In this document: positions 30,404-40,619 of the stretch, one piece after another
Layout of the letters: each line of letters begins with the position of its first letter
Numbering within the stretch: position 1 is the first letter of the stretch
Source: an uncultured Candidatus Rokubacteria bacterium
GTDB taxonomy: Bacteria > Methylomirabilota > Methylomirabilia > Rokubacteriales > CSP1-6
Assembly (NCBI GenBank): GCA_963754315.1
Contig: CAVWFS010000008.1
Span: 320,001 to 384,000 of the forward strand
Reading direction: 5' to 3'
Length of the DNA: 64,000 nucleotides
Notes under the pieces: model-generated
Databases searched by the model: none
The model's input: the letters and a program-made list of their open reading frames with translations, nothing else
What the model was told of the DNA's origin: nothing
Made by a program: the position numbers and the translations under genes

Positions 30404-31200
30404 CCGCTCGCGCATGCTCGGCCGCCGTGGCGTTTCTGTGGCTGGTCGTGCTAACGTCGTTCGCCATGGCTAACGACATCTCTCCGGCTGTGCGATCCGA
30501 GCTGGCGCCCACGGGGAAGCTCCGGGTCGGGATCAACCACGGGAACTTCTTGCTCGTCACCTCCATGACCCCCGAACCGCGGGGAGTCGCTCCCGATCTC
30601 GGGCGCGAGCTCGCCCGGCGGCTCGGTGTTCCCGTGGAGTTCGTCGGGTTCGACACGGCGGGGAAGCTCGGCGATGGTGCGAAGACCGGCGCCTGGGACG
30701 TCGCGTTTCTCGGGGCCGAGCCGCAGCGCGCGGCCGATATCGCGTTCACCGCGGCCTATCTGGAGATCCCGTCGACGTATCTCGTTCCCGCCGGATCGTC
30801 CATTCGCTCCATCGCCGACGTGGACCGGGCGGGTGTGCGCATTGCGGTGGCCGAGCAGAGCGCCTACGGGCTCTTCCTGAACCGCACGGTGAAGCATGCG
30901 ACTCTGATCGAGACCAAGGGCCTCGACGGCTCCTACAACGCGTTCGTCTCCCAGAAGCTCGATGCGCTGGCCGGGCTCAAGCCGCGCTTGTTGATGGACG
31001 TGACCAAGCTTCCGGGCGCGCGCATCCTGGACGGACAGTTCACGGCCGTCCAGCAGGCCATCGGCACGCCCAAGAGCCGGGCGGCCGCCGCCGGGTACCT
31101 GCGGGCCTTCGTCGAGGACGTCAAAGCCTCGGGGTTCGTGGCCGAGGCCATTGCGAAGAGCGGGGTCGCCGGCGTCTCGGTGGCGCCACCCGCTCCCTAG
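30400..31200 (+). CDS. ABC transporter substrate-binding protein, family 3
   Basis: GTGA overlap with upstream stop; signal peptide; LAPTGKLRVGIN, WDVAF, DVDRAGVRIAV. Confidence 0.85.
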   Translation: MTARACSAAVAFLWLVVLTSFAMANDISPAVRSELAPTGKLRVGINHGNFLLVTSMTPEPRGVAPDLGRELARRLGVPVEFVGFDTAGKLGDGAKTGAWDVAFLGAEPQRAADIAFTAAYLEIPSTYLVPAGSSIRSIADVDRAGVRIAVAEQSAYGLFLNRTVKHATLIETKGLDGSYNAFVSQKLDALAGLKPRLLMDVTKLPGARILDGQFTAVQQAIGTPKSRAAAAGYLRAFVEDVKASGFVAEAIAKSGVAGVSVAPPAP

Positions 31201-32006
31201 CCGGCCGCGCTCGAGAAGAACTCGAGCATCAGGCGATTGACCTCGGCCGCATTCTCGTAAGCGGACCAGTGGCCGGCCCCGGGAATGCGGTGCACGTCGA
31301 GAGCGCTGACGGCGCCGCGAATCTCGCCGATGAGCAGATCGGCAGGCCGGAACGCGGTATCGTCCCGCTCACCCCACAGCAGTCGGATGCGACACGTGAG
31401 CTGGGCGAGATCGCCGAGAAGCGTCCCACCGGCACTCACCTTGCGGCTGTCGAAACGAGTCCGGCGGACGCCGTCCACCTGGATGTCCACCGCTTCCTCC
31501 GTGAGGTTCCGGGGATCGCTCAGCATGTTGACGAGCAAGTTGTGGCGGCAGATCTCGCGAAAGAGCCTCGGATCCCCCCCCGCTTCTCTGTAGCTTCGGA
31601 TCGGCCGCTCGCCGAAGCGACGGGCGGGGAAGCCCCCCGGTGAGACCAGGCACAGATGCGTGACCCGAGGACCGAGCCGCCGGGCGAGGCTTGCGGCAAT
31701 GGCCCCGCCGAAGGAGAACCCGGCCAACCGAAGAGGACCATGGCCCGGGAACATGTCGAGGAAGAGGCGATGCACCAGGTCAAGATACGCGGAGCCGGTC
31801 GTGTCGCGCGTCACGGGGGCCGAGTCGCCGTAGGACGGATGATCGAGCGCGTGCACGGTGAAACGCGCCGCCAATGGTTCGACATTTCGGATCCAGTGCC
31901 TCCACGACCCCATGCCCCCGTGAAAGAGGACGACATCCGGCCCGGCGCCGTACCGATGTACCGCCATGCGGGGCGCGTTGCTGGGCTGGGGGGGCTGGTC
32001 CACCAT
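31197..32006 (-). CDS. Alpha/beta fold hydrolase
   Basis: FHGGMGSWRHW, GFSFGG, WGERD, GAGHW. Confidence 0.88.
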   Translation of the reverse strand: MVDQPPQPSNAPRMAVHRYGAGPDVVLFHGGMGSWRHWIRNVEPLAARFTVHALDHPSYGDSAPVTRDTTGSAYLDLVHRLFLDMFPGHGPLRLAGFSFGGAIAASLARRLGPRVTHLCLVSPGGFPARRFGERPIRSYREAGGDPRLFREICRHNLLVNMLSDPRNLTEEAVDIQVDGVRRTRFDSRKVSAGGTLLGDLAQLTCRIRLLWGERDDTAFRPADLLIGEIRGAVSALDVHRIPGAGHWSAYENAAEVNRLMLEFFSSAAG

Positions 32007-32009
32007 GGC

Positions 32010-32762
32010 TCAGTACGCGCGGCTCAAGCCACCGTCCACGCGGATACGCTCGCCGGTGACATAACGCGCCTTGGGCGAACAGAGGAACGCCACCAGATGA
32101 GCCATGTCGCTGGGATCGCCGAAGTAGCCGAGCGGGATCTGGCGGGCAAACTGCTCCTGATTCTCGGGAGTGGGATGCAGACGCTGATCGATCTGCTCGC
32201 TGTGGATCCGGCCGGGAGCAAGACAGTTCACGGTGATGCCGTGCCGTCCCACGTCGCGAGAGAGCCCTTTCGCCCACGCGTGCACAGCCGCCTTCGCCGG
32301 CCCCGCGGCGTTGGTGCCAGCCGGTTCCGAGGTCCCGGTGACGTTGATGATGCGGCCCCAGCGCCGCTCGATCATCCCGGGCAAGAGCGCCTGGGTCAGT
32401 TTGCGCACGGCACTGAAGTTGATGGCGAATGACTCGTCCCACACGCCGTCAGGAGCGTCCACCGCCGTGGGGCGAGACCCTCCCGCGTTGTTCACCAGGA
32501 TGTCGACGTGACCCAGTCGCGCCAGAGCCTCGTCCCGCACCCGCGCCGCTGCCACGCCCTCGGCCAGATCGATGGCGAGGGCATGGGGGCGCACCCAACC
32601 TGACGCCTCGATCTCGTCCTGCAGGGTCTTCAGCAAGTCTCCGCGCCGCGCGATCACCAATGTCGACACCCCTTCGGCGGCGAGAACGCGGGCGATTCCC
32701 CGTCCGATTCCCACGCTGCATCCGGTCACCACGGCCGTCCGGCCGCGTAGCTCGAGATCCAT
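32010..32762 (-). CDS. SDR family oxidoreductase (catalytic Tyr absent)
   Basis: TGCSVGIG, ILVNNAG, AAGPAK, VDGG. Confidence 0.9.
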   Translation of the reverse strand: MDLELRGRTAVVTGCSVGIGRGIARVLAAEGVSTLVIARRGDLLKTLQDEIEASGWVRPHALAIDLAEGVAAARVRDEALARLGHVDILVNNAGGSRPTAVDAPDGVWDESFAINFSAVRKLTQALLPGMIERRWGRIINVTGTSEPAGTNAAGPAKAAVHAWAKGLSRDVGRHGITVNCLAPGRIHSEQIDQRLHPTPENQEQFARQIPLGYFGDPSDMAHLVAFLCSPKARYVTGERIRVDGGLSRAY

Positions 32763-32799
32763 CTCTCCCTCCGTCTGGTCTCCGCGCTGCTAGTCCCGT

Positions 32800-33633
32800 T
32801 CAGCCGGCCAGCGACTCGATCGCCTGCACCTCGTCGGCCGAGAACGACAGCGCGTTGCTTGCCAGGTCCTGCGTCATGTGCTCGGCGTTGGAGGTACCCG
32901 TGAGCGGCAGCATGCCAACGGCGAGCGCGAAGCCGAATACCACCTGAGCTCGCGTGGCCTTGGCTCGAGCCGTGATACCGGCCACCAGCGGATGCCCCAG
33001 CACCTCGGGGTTTGCGGTGAGCAGAGAGAAGCCCTGGTAGACGATGTTCCGGGCGGTGCAGAACGCGCGCACTTCGCGGTCCCAGCCGAAGCGGGCGAAG
33101 CAACGGTTCTGGACGAAGGCAGGCCCCTCATCACTCGTGGCCGTCATCTGTTCGAGGTGATTCAAGGAGACATTGCTCACGCCGAGCAGACGTGTATGTC
33201 CGGCGTCGCGCTCGCGGATCATCGCCGCCCACACCTCGGTGTCGTCCTCGGTCCAGTAGCGACCGGAGGCCGGCCCGTGCAGGACGTAGCTGTCGACGTA
33301 ATCCGTGCCGAGATGCTCGAGCGAGCTGGCCATCGACTGGGCAACCTGCGTGGAAAGGTCGGCGGCCGGATCGTAGGGTAGGCGGTGATCCTGGCCCTCC
33401 CGGTAGGTAAACTTCGTCTGCAAGAAGAGGTCGGCCCGCTTCACGATGCCAGCGCGGTAGGCCGCCGCCAACCCTTGCCCCACGCCAGCCTCGAAGTAGT
33501 GTCGCCGCTGGTTGGCCGTATCGATACCGCGGAAGCCCATGCGGAGCGCGAGCTCGGTGAGGGTCGGGGTCCGGTCTTCCTTCCAGGCGGTGCCGTAGAG
33601 GAACGCGGGAACGGCCGGGCGAGTGGAGGGCAT
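32800..33633 (-). CDS. Aldo/keto reductase
   Basis: YGTAWK, GFRGIDTANQRRHY, FLQTKF, SLEHLGTDYVDSYVLHGP, LGVSN. Confidence 0.9.
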   Translation of the reverse strand: MPSTRPAVPAFLYGTAWKEDRTPTLTELALRMGFRGIDTANQRRHYFEAGVGQGLAAAYRAGIVKRADLFLQTKFTYREGQDHRLPYDPAADLSTQVAQSMASSLEHLGTDYVDSYVLHGPASGRYWTEDDTEVWAAMIRERDAGHTRLLGVSNVSLNHLEQMTATSDEGPAFVQNRCFARFGWDREVRAFCTARNIVYQGFSLLTANPEVLGHPLVAGITARAKATRAQVVFGFALAVGMLPLTGTSNAEHMTQDLASNALSFSADEVQAIESLAG

Positions 33634-33771
33634 ACGCCATTTTGCCACGACCTACGGGCTCGCGGGCGTGGTCCGCATCGGCGTGTCCGTCCTTGACTCC
33701 GGACAGGGGCTCGACGACCATCGCGCCGTGGACTCGAACAGCGCTTCACTCTATCGACCGGAGGCTCAACC

Positions 33772-34080
33772 ATGCCGACCGTGCTCTTCGTCGTCAAAGC
33801 CACCATCAGTGCCGCCCAGGAGACCGCATTCAACCGCTGGTACAACGAGGAGCACGTGCCGGAGGTACTGCAGTTTCCCGGACTCGTGAGCGCGCGACGC
33901 TACCGGGCGCTCGAGGGCGAGGACACGTATCAATACATGGCTGTCTACGAGGTGCAGGATGAGGCGACCTATCGGCGCTTCGTGAGCTCCGACCACATGA
34001 AGCATCTGAGGGCGGAGTACGACGCGCACTTTTCCGCCAGCGAGCGGGCACGCTTCGCCTACGTCCAGGTCTGGCCATAG
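33772..34080 (+). CDS. DUF4286/EthD-like dimeric alpha-beta barrel protein
   Basis: FNRWYNEEHVPE..PG..SARRY, YMAVYE; GGAGG SD. Confidence 0.75.
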   Translation: MPTVLFVVKATISAAQETAFNRWYNEEHVPEVLQFPGLVSARRYRALEGEDTYQYMAVYEVQDEATYRRFVSSDHMKHLRAEYDAHFSASERARFAYVQVWP

Positions 34081-34109
34081 CTTCGACTGATCCGTGAGGA
34101 GGACTGTCC

Positions 34110-34523
34110 ATGTCTGCGCCGCCTGCCGGGGCCGCCGTTGCCCAGCCCAGCGAATCGCTGGTCACGCTGACCCATGTCATCTATGGGCTGCACGCCCTCA
34201 GCCTGATCACGGGAATCATCGGCGCCGCCACCGTGGTGGGCGCTTTCCTCACCGGCTGGCCCTCGATCATCGCCGTCATTCTGAACTACGTGAAGCGGAG
34301 CGAGGCACGGGGGACCTGGCTCGAGTCGCACTTCCGGTGGCAGATACGGACGTTCTGGTACGGGCTCCTGTGGGTGACTCTATGCGGGATCTTCGTGGTA
34401 CTCACGCTCGGGATCGGGCTCCTCATCGCCTGGCTGCCCCTCGGCGTGGTCGGGCTCTGGTTCATCTATCGCATCGCGCGGGGCTGGCTTCAGCTGAAGG
34501 ACCGTCGTCCGATGTATGAGTAG
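34110..34523 (+). CDS. DUF4870-like membrane protein
   Basis: Hydrophobic helices; YVKR...WLESHFRWQIRTFW, WFIYRIARG. Confidence 0.75.
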   Translation: MSAPPAGAAVAQPSESLVTLTHVIYGLHALSLITGIIGAATVVGAFLTGWPSIIAVILNYVKRSEARGTWLESHFRWQIRTFWYGLLWVTLCGIFVVLTLGIGLLIAWLPLGVVGLWFIYRIARGWLQLKDRRPMYE

Positions 34524-34525
34524 GA

Positions 34526-35401
34526 ATGCGATGGGGGAGCAGGCTCGAGGGCAAGATTGCCGTCATCACCGGGGGCGCGAGCGGAATCGGCCGAACCACG
34601 GCGCTGACGTTTCTGCGGGAAGGCGCGCGGGTGGTGATCGGCGACATGAACGACGAGAGCATGGCCGAAACCGTGGCCCTCGCCGGCGAGCAAGGCGCGG
34701 CGGACCGCATGGCCTCCCTTCGGGTTGACGTCTCCGTGGAACGCGACGTAGCTCGCCTTGTCGAGCTGGCCGTCGCGCGCTTCGACGGGATCGACTGTAT
34801 GTTCAACAACGCCGGAGTCGGCGGCGCCTTCGGCCCCATCGGCGAGACCTTGGTCGAGGAGTGGGACTTCACGTTCGCCGTGCTCGTGCGGGGCGTGTTC
34901 CTCGGCATCAAGCACGCCTCGAACCGCATGGTCGCTCAGAGCCGCGGCGGTAGCATCATCAGCACCGCCTCGGTCGCCGGTCTGGCTGGCGGAGCCGGTC
35001 CCCACGCCTATTCGGCGGCCAAGGCGGCCGTGGCCAATCTCACGCGGGCCGTGTCCACGGAACTCGCCCATCATCGTATCCGGGTGAATGCGATTGCCCC
35101 GGGCCTGATCAAGACTCCGCTCGCCGTCGGCCGTCGCGAGACGGCCTGGGAGGGGCTCGTCAGGGACAAGCAGCCCTGGCCGGAGATCGGTATGCCGCAA
35201 CACATCGCCGATGCCGCCCTCTTCCTGGCCACGGACGAGGCGCGGTTCATCACGGGGCAGGTGATCACGGTCGACGGGGGCCTGACCGCGCAGGGTCCCA
35301 ATCTCTTTGGCAGCGCACCGGACAGTCTATTTCTGAGAAAGGCTGGCCTCAACACCGGCTCGACGGGTGCCCCCGGCAGTGTGCGCGACGTTCCTCGTTG
35401 A
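34526..35401 (+). CDS. Classical SDR oxidoreductase
   Basis: TGGASGIG, FNNAG, YSAAK, RVNAIAPG, VDGG. Confidence 0.92.
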   Translation: MRWGSRLEGKIAVITGGASGIGRTTALTFLREGARVVIGDMNDESMAETVALAGEQGAADRMASLRVDVSVERDVARLVELAVARFDGIDCMFNNAGVGGAFGPIGETLVEEWDFTFAVLVRGVFLGIKHASNRMVAQSRGGSIISTASVAGLAGGAGPHAYSAAKAAVANLTRAVSTELAHHRIRVNAIAPGLIKTPLAVGRRETAWEGLVRDKQPWPEIGMPQHIADAALFLATDEARFITGQVITVDGGLTAQGPNLFGSAPDSLFLRKAGLNTGSTGAPGSVRDVPR

Positions 35402-35416
35402 GGACAACTCGTCCGC

Positions 35417-36556
35417 TCAAGGTGAGCGGGGACCGAGGCCGTAGAGGTCGGCGGCGTTCTCGAAGAGAATGCGCGACGCCGCCCATTCTGCCTCGTCTCC
35501 GGATAGATCACCGTCACCGACCGTCGCCTCCAGGACTTGCCCGAGAACCCGACGCCCCCAGCGCGCGGCCAGCCAGAACGTCTCTGGCGTTCGCTGGGCG
35601 TCGGTCGAAAGCAGCACCTTGCTGATGGGGGCCAGGTGCATGGCCTCGTGCAGTGCCGTGCGCATGGCGTGCACGCTGGTGTAGGGCACGGTGAGTCCAA
35701 GGTCGACGTAGGCCCCCGGGTACACGCTGGCCAGATAGCCAGCCTCGCGAATGTACGGGTAGCAGTGCAGACACACCACGCGGAGCCCGCGTAGCGCGGA
35801 GGCTTCGAACAGCGGACGCAGGTGAAGAGGATTGGCCAGTCGGAGATCGAGGTCCGGATCGCCGAATCCCGTATGAAACTGGACCGGGGTGCCGGCCTCT
35901 GCGGCCACCGGCAAGACTGACCAGAGCATGGCGTCGATGAGGGGCTTCGCGGCGAGGCGCGGCGGCTGGCCCGGCACGACGGCGCGCCGCACTTCAGAGA
36001 AGACCGTCTCGACCTCGGCCGGCGCTGGCTCGCCGATGGCCAGCCCCGTCCGGTACGCGACAATGCTCTTGAACGCCGCCACCCGCGGGGCCAGACGCGC
36101 CACGTGCTCGGCAAAGGCGGCGAGCAGGCTGGACGCACGATCGTGCTGCTCCACCATGCCAGCCAGCTCCGCCTCGAGCCGGACGATACGACGCACGGCA
36201 ACGCCGGGAACCAAGGCCGCACAGTCAGTCACGCTCAGAAGGCGATCGGTCCAGAGGCCGTCGTCGATCAGCCAATGCCCGAGGCGTGCCTGGGCGAACA
36301 TCTGCCGCACCAGGGCTTGATAATCCGCGCGCTCCCGCGCCGAACGCAGAGCGTCCACGGTCGGGTCGCAGGCGTAGAAGCCGGCCAGATCGCGGACGGC
36401 CCGACGGAAGTGGAGGTTGTCGCGACCGAACCGAGCCAGCAGTTCCGGATCGGTCGCTTCGGTGAAGTACCCTTCGAGCTGCTCGCTCCGCCAGATAGCC
36501 TCGCGCGACAGCGCGTGCGAGTGGTGGTCGTACAGCGGGATCGCGGTCAGGTCCAC
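35417..36556 (-). CDS. Amidohydrolase, FluG/NodGS N-terminal-domain type
   Basis: DHHSH, FKSIVAYRTGL, QFHTGFGDPD, LHCYPY, STDA..TPE; GTG start just downstream of TGCTAGAAT. Confidence 0.85.
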   Translation of the reverse strand: MDLTAIPLYDHHSHALSREAIWRSEQLEGYFTEATDPELLARFGRDNLHFRRAVRDLAGFYACDPTVDALRSARERADYQALVRQMFAQARLGHWLIDDGLWTDRLLSVTDCAALVPGVAVRRIVRLEAELAGMVEQHDRASSLLAAFAEHVARLAPRVAAFKSIVAYRTGLAIGEPAPAEVETVFSEVRRAVVPGQPPRLAAKPLIDAMLWSVLPVAAEAGTPVQFHTGFGDPDLDLRLANPLHLRPLFEASALRGLRVVCLHCYPYIREAGYLASVYPGAYVDLGLTVPYTSVHAMRTALHEAMHLAPISKVLLSTDAQRTPETFWLAARWGRRVLGQVLEATVGDGDLSGDEAEWAASRILFENAADLYGLGPRSP

Positions 36557-36578
36557 CGGCAGGCGGATTCTAGCATCG

Positions 36579-37814
36579 TCAGGGAGTCGCCTTGGGCAGC
36601 CTCCTTGACGCGAGCTCGCCGACCTTCTTGCCCATGGCGGTACCGACCTCCGTCGAGTAGCGGTAGTGCACACCGTCGTAGATGCGGGCGACGGCGACTT
36701 CCTGCACGAAGTCGCCGACGCTCGTCCACGTGCGCACGGCGCCCGCGGCCGTCGAGCTGGCCGAGCTCAATGCGGGCACCGGTCCCCCGCCGATCTCGGC
36801 TTGCAGCACGGCCCCCAGCGATGCCGACACGATGCAATGGGCGCACGGATACTCGGGGTGCATCGGGGTATCGATAAATGGCGTCCAGCCCGGATCGCGC
36901 TCGGTGGCGTCATTGCCGTCGATGTCTCCGTTGCGAATGGCCGTGATGGGGCGCCAGAGGTTATAGGCGTACTTGGCCTCGAAGACCGCGATCAAGGCGT
37001 CGTCCATGGCCATTCCCGCCACCGCCAGCAGACGCGCGTTCGCCGTCACGTCCCGGCCGGGCACGGTCGCCACAGAACGCGCGACCGGCCAGTAGACGGC
37101 CGGTGCCGTGGCCTCCCAGAAACGGGCGATGGCGGTCTGTTCGGCCGTGCGCTGCGTGCTGTTCTTCCCGCCGAGCGCCTTGATCTCGTTGTAGTCGCGC
37201 GCCCAGACCTCACTGGTCAAGCTGGGCGGGGGCCCCGGTCGAAATTGGTCGCCGCTCGTCATCACCCAGGGCCGGCGTTTGCCCCAGTGCGGGGCGGCCG
37301 GCAAGGTCGTCGGCACGTAGACACCCGCAGTCGTATGTGGCCGATACGTGCTGGGCACCATCGACCCATCGTCGGCGCGCGAGGCCAGGATGGAAGCGGC
37401 CGCTTGCTCACCAGTTGCGATCCCAGCGCTCTTGCCGGGACCGTCGGGGATCGGACCGAGCGCGGCCCGATAATCGGCATCGATCGCCGCCTGCTGGTCG
37501 GGCATGAGCTTCGAGAGGACTGTTCGGGTGGCGGCGGCCACCGCAGCGTCCACCGAGGCGCCCGGCGCGGCGGCGACCTTTGCGCCATACGGGGCATAGC
37601 GCCCAGTGATCGCGTTGACGGCCTCGAAGACCGATACCTGGACGATGGCCATCGTTCTGACCGCGACGGGGGTGGCGGGGTTCTTGGACGCGATGTCGGC
37701 GGCCTTCGCGTTCGCATCGGTGACAACATCGGCGTAGGCACACGGTGCCCAGACCAGCATCATCGCCGCCAGGAGCCGAAGGACCGCGGTCATCTGCCTA
37801 CGGGGGATCTTCAT
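36579..37814 (-). CDS. Vanadium-dependent haloperoxidase/PAP2 superfamily protein, exported
   Basis: KYAYNLWRP, HPEYPCAH, RIYDGVHY; signal peptide. Confidence 0.85.
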   Translation of the reverse strand: MKIPRRQMTAVLRLLAAMMLVWAPCAYADVVTDANAKAADIASKNPATPVAVRTMAIVQVSVFEAVNAITGRYAPYGAKVAAAPGASVDAAVAAATRTVLSKLMPDQQAAIDADYRAALGPIPDGPGKSAGIATGEQAAASILASRADDGSMVPSTYRPHTTAGVYVPTTLPAAPHWGKRRPWVMTSGDQFRPGPPPSLTSEVWARDYNEIKALGGKNSTQRTAEQTAIARFWEATAPAVYWPVARSVATVPGRDVTANARLLAVAGMAMDDALIAVFEAKYAYNLWRPITAIRNGDIDGNDATERDPGWTPFIDTPMHPEYPCAHCIVSASLGAVLQAEIGGGPVPALSSASSTAAGAVRTWTSVGDFVQEVAVARIYDGVHYRYSTEVGTAMGKKVGELASRRLPKATP

Positions 37815-37845
37815 GGTGTGCGCTCCTTTCTCGTGTCGTGAGTGG

Positions 37846-39000
37846 CTATCCGTTCACGTCCACTCCGAGGGCCAACCGTCCGGAGTAGAGGAGTTGCGCC
37901 ATGCCGCGGACCGGGTGGTACCGGGCCCCCTGCACGTCGCGGAAGAGCCGTTCGAGCCCGAGGTCTCGAAAGAAGCCGGCACCCGCGGCCGCTTCCATCG
38001 CGATCTCGACGGTCCGAATGGACGCGCGGCCGGCCACCGTCCGGCCAATCAGGACTTCATTCGTGGTCTCGAGTCCCATGTGGCCGGACGTTCCGGCATC
38101 GAGCATCTGCCGTAGCGCCATACGGGCGGTGGCCAGCTCGGTGTCCATGAGGCCGACCAGCTCCTGGATCGCGGCGTCGTGCCCTCGGGTTGCGACCTGG
38201 CGCAAGGCGAGCGCGCGAGCGGCCTCTGCGATTCCGACGTAGACGGAATAGATCAGTGGCAGGGCTATCGTTGCCACGACGTGCCATACCGGGCTCCACC
38301 GCCCGGCCGGGCGGCGGACACTGATCGCGGAGTCCGGCACGAAGACACCCTCGAGCGTGATGTCGTGTGATCCGGTGCCGCGCATACCCAGCGTGCGCCA
38401 GTTGTCCTGGACCACGAGACCGCCAGCGTTGAAGGGAATAGCGCAATGCAGGACCGTCGGGCCGCCCTCGGGATCGTCGTACACGGCCATGGTCATGAAC
38501 AGGTCGCCCGCCGGGGAGCCACTGGCAAACACCTTGTGACCAGTGATTCGATAGCCCCCTTCGACCCTTTCAGCGCGACCCGATCCCGTCAGCCAATCGG
38601 CTCCGCCGCTCGTGACGAGGATCAACTCCTCGGCCGCCACCCGGCGCAGAAGGGGCTCCACTGCGGCCCCCTCGTGGCGCCACCGCCAGGCGGGGATGGC
38701 CACCTGGTGGGTGTGCATGGCGAGCGCCAGCGCGGTGGAGCCGCAGTACTGGGCCAGCACGCGCAGCATCTGGCCGAGTTCGGCATGCGAGGCGTCGCCG
38801 CCTCCGAGCTCAGCGGGCACGCCTGCGGAAAAGACATGACGCTCCCGGAGGTCGCGGTAGTTCTCGGCAACGAAGGTGTCGGCGGCGTCATGGGCGGCCG
38901 CCCGGGCCGCGAAGCGTGGCCCTAGCTCCCGGGCCAGCGCGGCCCAATCCGGGCGAACCCGATCACCGGTCATCGTTGTCGGCGAGGTAACCATCGACAT
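37846..39000 (-). CDS. Acyl-CoA dehydrogenase family protein
   Basis: STALALAMH, GHKVFASG, WRTLGMRGTGSHD, LERLFRD; AGGAGG SD. Confidence 0.9.
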   Translation of the reverse strand: MSMVTSPTTMTGDRVRPDWAALARELGPRFAARAAAHDAADTFVAENYRDLRERHVFSAGVPAELGGGDASHAELGQMLRVLAQYCGSTALALAMHTHQVAIPAWRWRHEGAAVEPLLRRVAAEELILVTSGGADWLTGSGRAERVEGGYRITGHKVFASGSPAGDLFMTMAVYDDPEGGPTVLHCAIPFNAGGLVVQDNWRTLGMRGTGSHDITLEGVFVPDSAISVRRPAGRWSPVWHVVATIALPLIYSVYVGIAEAARALALRQVATRGHDAAIQELVGLMDTELATARMALRQMLDAGTSGHMGLETTNEVLIGRTVAGRASIRTVEIAMEAAAGAGFFRDLGLERLFRDVQGARYHPVRGMAQLLYSGRLALGVDVNG

Positions 39001-39065
39001 TCCTCCTGCCGTCGTCGGGGGATCCGTTCCCGATAGCTCACAATGGCAAGGCGGCGGACGCCTGC

Positions 39066-39112
39066 CAAGCCCAAAAAATGGACTTGTATGGCCGGCCCGA
39101 GGTTCTTACAGT
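39066..39112 (+). promoter_or_regulatory. Palindromic operator plus promoter between the divergent ACAD and HxlR genes
   Basis: CAAGCCCA-AAAAA-TGGACTTG inverted repeat (1 mismatch) overlapping TTGTAT-17-TACAGT, 7 nt before GTG 39120. Confidence 0.6.
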
Positions 39113-39119
39113 CGACACT

Positions 39120-39821
39120 GTGAAGGGCTATGGACAGTTCTGCCCGATCGCGATGGCGTGCGAAACCTTCGCCGAGCGCTGGACGCCGCTCATCCTGAGA
39201 GAGCTGCTATTCGGCGCGCGGAGGTTCAGCGAGATTCGTCAGGGCATGCCACTGATCTCGCGAACCTTGCTCAGTCAACGGCTGCGTGAGCTGGAAGACG
39301 CCGGTATCGTCGCGAGTCAGCCGCTGGCAAGAGGCCGGGGACGAGAGTATCGGCCGACCCCGGCCGCCGAGGAGTTCCGCGAGGTTCTCGAACGCCTGGG
39401 CGCGTGGGGCCAGCGATGGGCCAGGGGACAGTTCGACCCGGACAACCTCGACCTGAAGCTGCTGATGTGGAACGTGGGCCGCCGCATCGATGTGCGGCGG
39501 CTTCCTGCCCGCCGCGTGGTCGTGCGCTTCGACTTTCGCGCCTTCCCGGCGCGCTGCCGGAGCTTTCAAACCTGTTGGCTTGTCCTCGCGCGCGAGGGCG
39601 TGGACGTGTGCTTGAAGGATCCGGGGTTCGAGGTTGACCTCGTCGTCACCGCCGACGCAGCGGCCATGGCGCGCGTGTGGACGGGGGCCACCACGTTTGC
39701 GCAGGCAGTGCGATCGGGCGGGCTACAGGTGGACGGTTCCCGCGACCTGGTCCGCGCGTTCCCGAGCTGGCTCCTCCTCAGCCACTTCGCCCACGTGGAG
39801 CGACCCGCTCGCGCCGGCTGA
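39120..39821 (+). CDS. HxlR-family winged-helix regulator with C-terminal SCP2-like domain
   Basis: YGQFCPIA, ERWTPLILREL, RRFSEI, LLSQRLRELE; DVCLKDPGFEVDL. Confidence 0.9.
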   Translation: MKGYGQFCPIAMACETFAERWTPLILRELLFGARRFSEIRQGMPLISRTLLSQRLRELEDAGIVASQPLARGRGREYRPTPAAEEFREVLERLGAWGQRWARGQFDPDNLDLKLLMWNVGRRIDVRRLPARRVVVRFDFRAFPARCRSFQTCWLVLAREGVDVCLKDPGFEVDLVVTADAAAMARVWTGATTFAQAVRSGGLQVDGSRDLVRAFPSWLLLSHFAHVERPARAG

Positions 39822-39830
39822 GCTCGGGTC

Positions 39831-40589
39831 TCAGCCGCGGGCGCCCGTCGCCGCCCGCTCGAGCAGCTCCTTCGTACCGGCCTGGATCCAGGGGAAGAAG
39901 CTCGTCATCGCCACTCGCACACCCATCCGGGTATAGCGCTCGACGTTCCCGGAGTTGACCAAGGTGCCAGCAACGCGGCCAGACTGGATGATCTTCGTGA
40001 GCGCCCCGTCGATCGTCTGCTGGACTACCGGGTGCCCCATGTTCCCGATGTGACCCATGGAGGTGGCCAGGTCGCTCGGCGCGACAAAGAAGACGTCGAT
40101 GTGGTCGACTTTGATGATCTCGTCGAGGTTCTTGACGGCCACGATGTCCTCGAGCAACACCATGAGCAAGCTCTGGTCGTTGGCGGTTTTCAGGTAGTCG
40201 CCCACCCCGAAACCCTGGCGGCTGGTGAACATGCCTCGCTTGCCGAGCGGCGCAAACTTGCCGGCCGCGACGACCGCCTCTGCCTCGGCCCGAGTGTTGA
40301 CGTGCGGCACCACGATGCCCTGGGCGCCCCGATCGAGGGTGCGATAAATCGTTGCGTAGTCGTTGTCCATCACCCGGACCACGGACGTCATCCCCCACAG
40401 GTCGCAGGCCCGCGTCAGGTTACCGAGATCGGCATAGTCGACACCGCCGTGCTCCCCCTCCAGCCAGATTCCATCGACGCCAAGGGGGCCGAGCTGATCG
40501 ATCAGGTCCGGATCGTTGGTGCCCGAGAGAATGGTTGCGACCTGCCCTGCGGCCAGCTTCTCCTTGACCTTATTCGGGCGAACGTTCAC
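39831..40589 (-). CDS. HpcH/HpaI aldolase family protein
   Basis: WLEGEHG, RTLDRGAQGIVVPHV, KFAPLGKRG, FFVAPSDL. Confidence 0.9.
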   Translation of the reverse strand: MNVRPNKVKEKLAAGQVATILSGTNDPDLIDQLGPLGVDGIWLEGEHGGVDYADLGNLTRACDLWGMTSVVRVMDNDYATIYRTLDRGAQGIVVPHVNTRAEAEAVVAAGKFAPLGKRGMFTSRQGFGVGDYLKTANDQSLLMVLLEDIVAVKNLDEIIKVDHIDVFFVAPSDLATSMGHIGNMGHPVVQQTIDGALTKIIQSGRVAGTLVNSGNVERYTRMGVRVAMTSFFPWIQAGTKELLERAATGARG

Positions 40590-40619
40590 GTCGTTTCCTC
40601 CATGAGGGGACTCCCCCGC

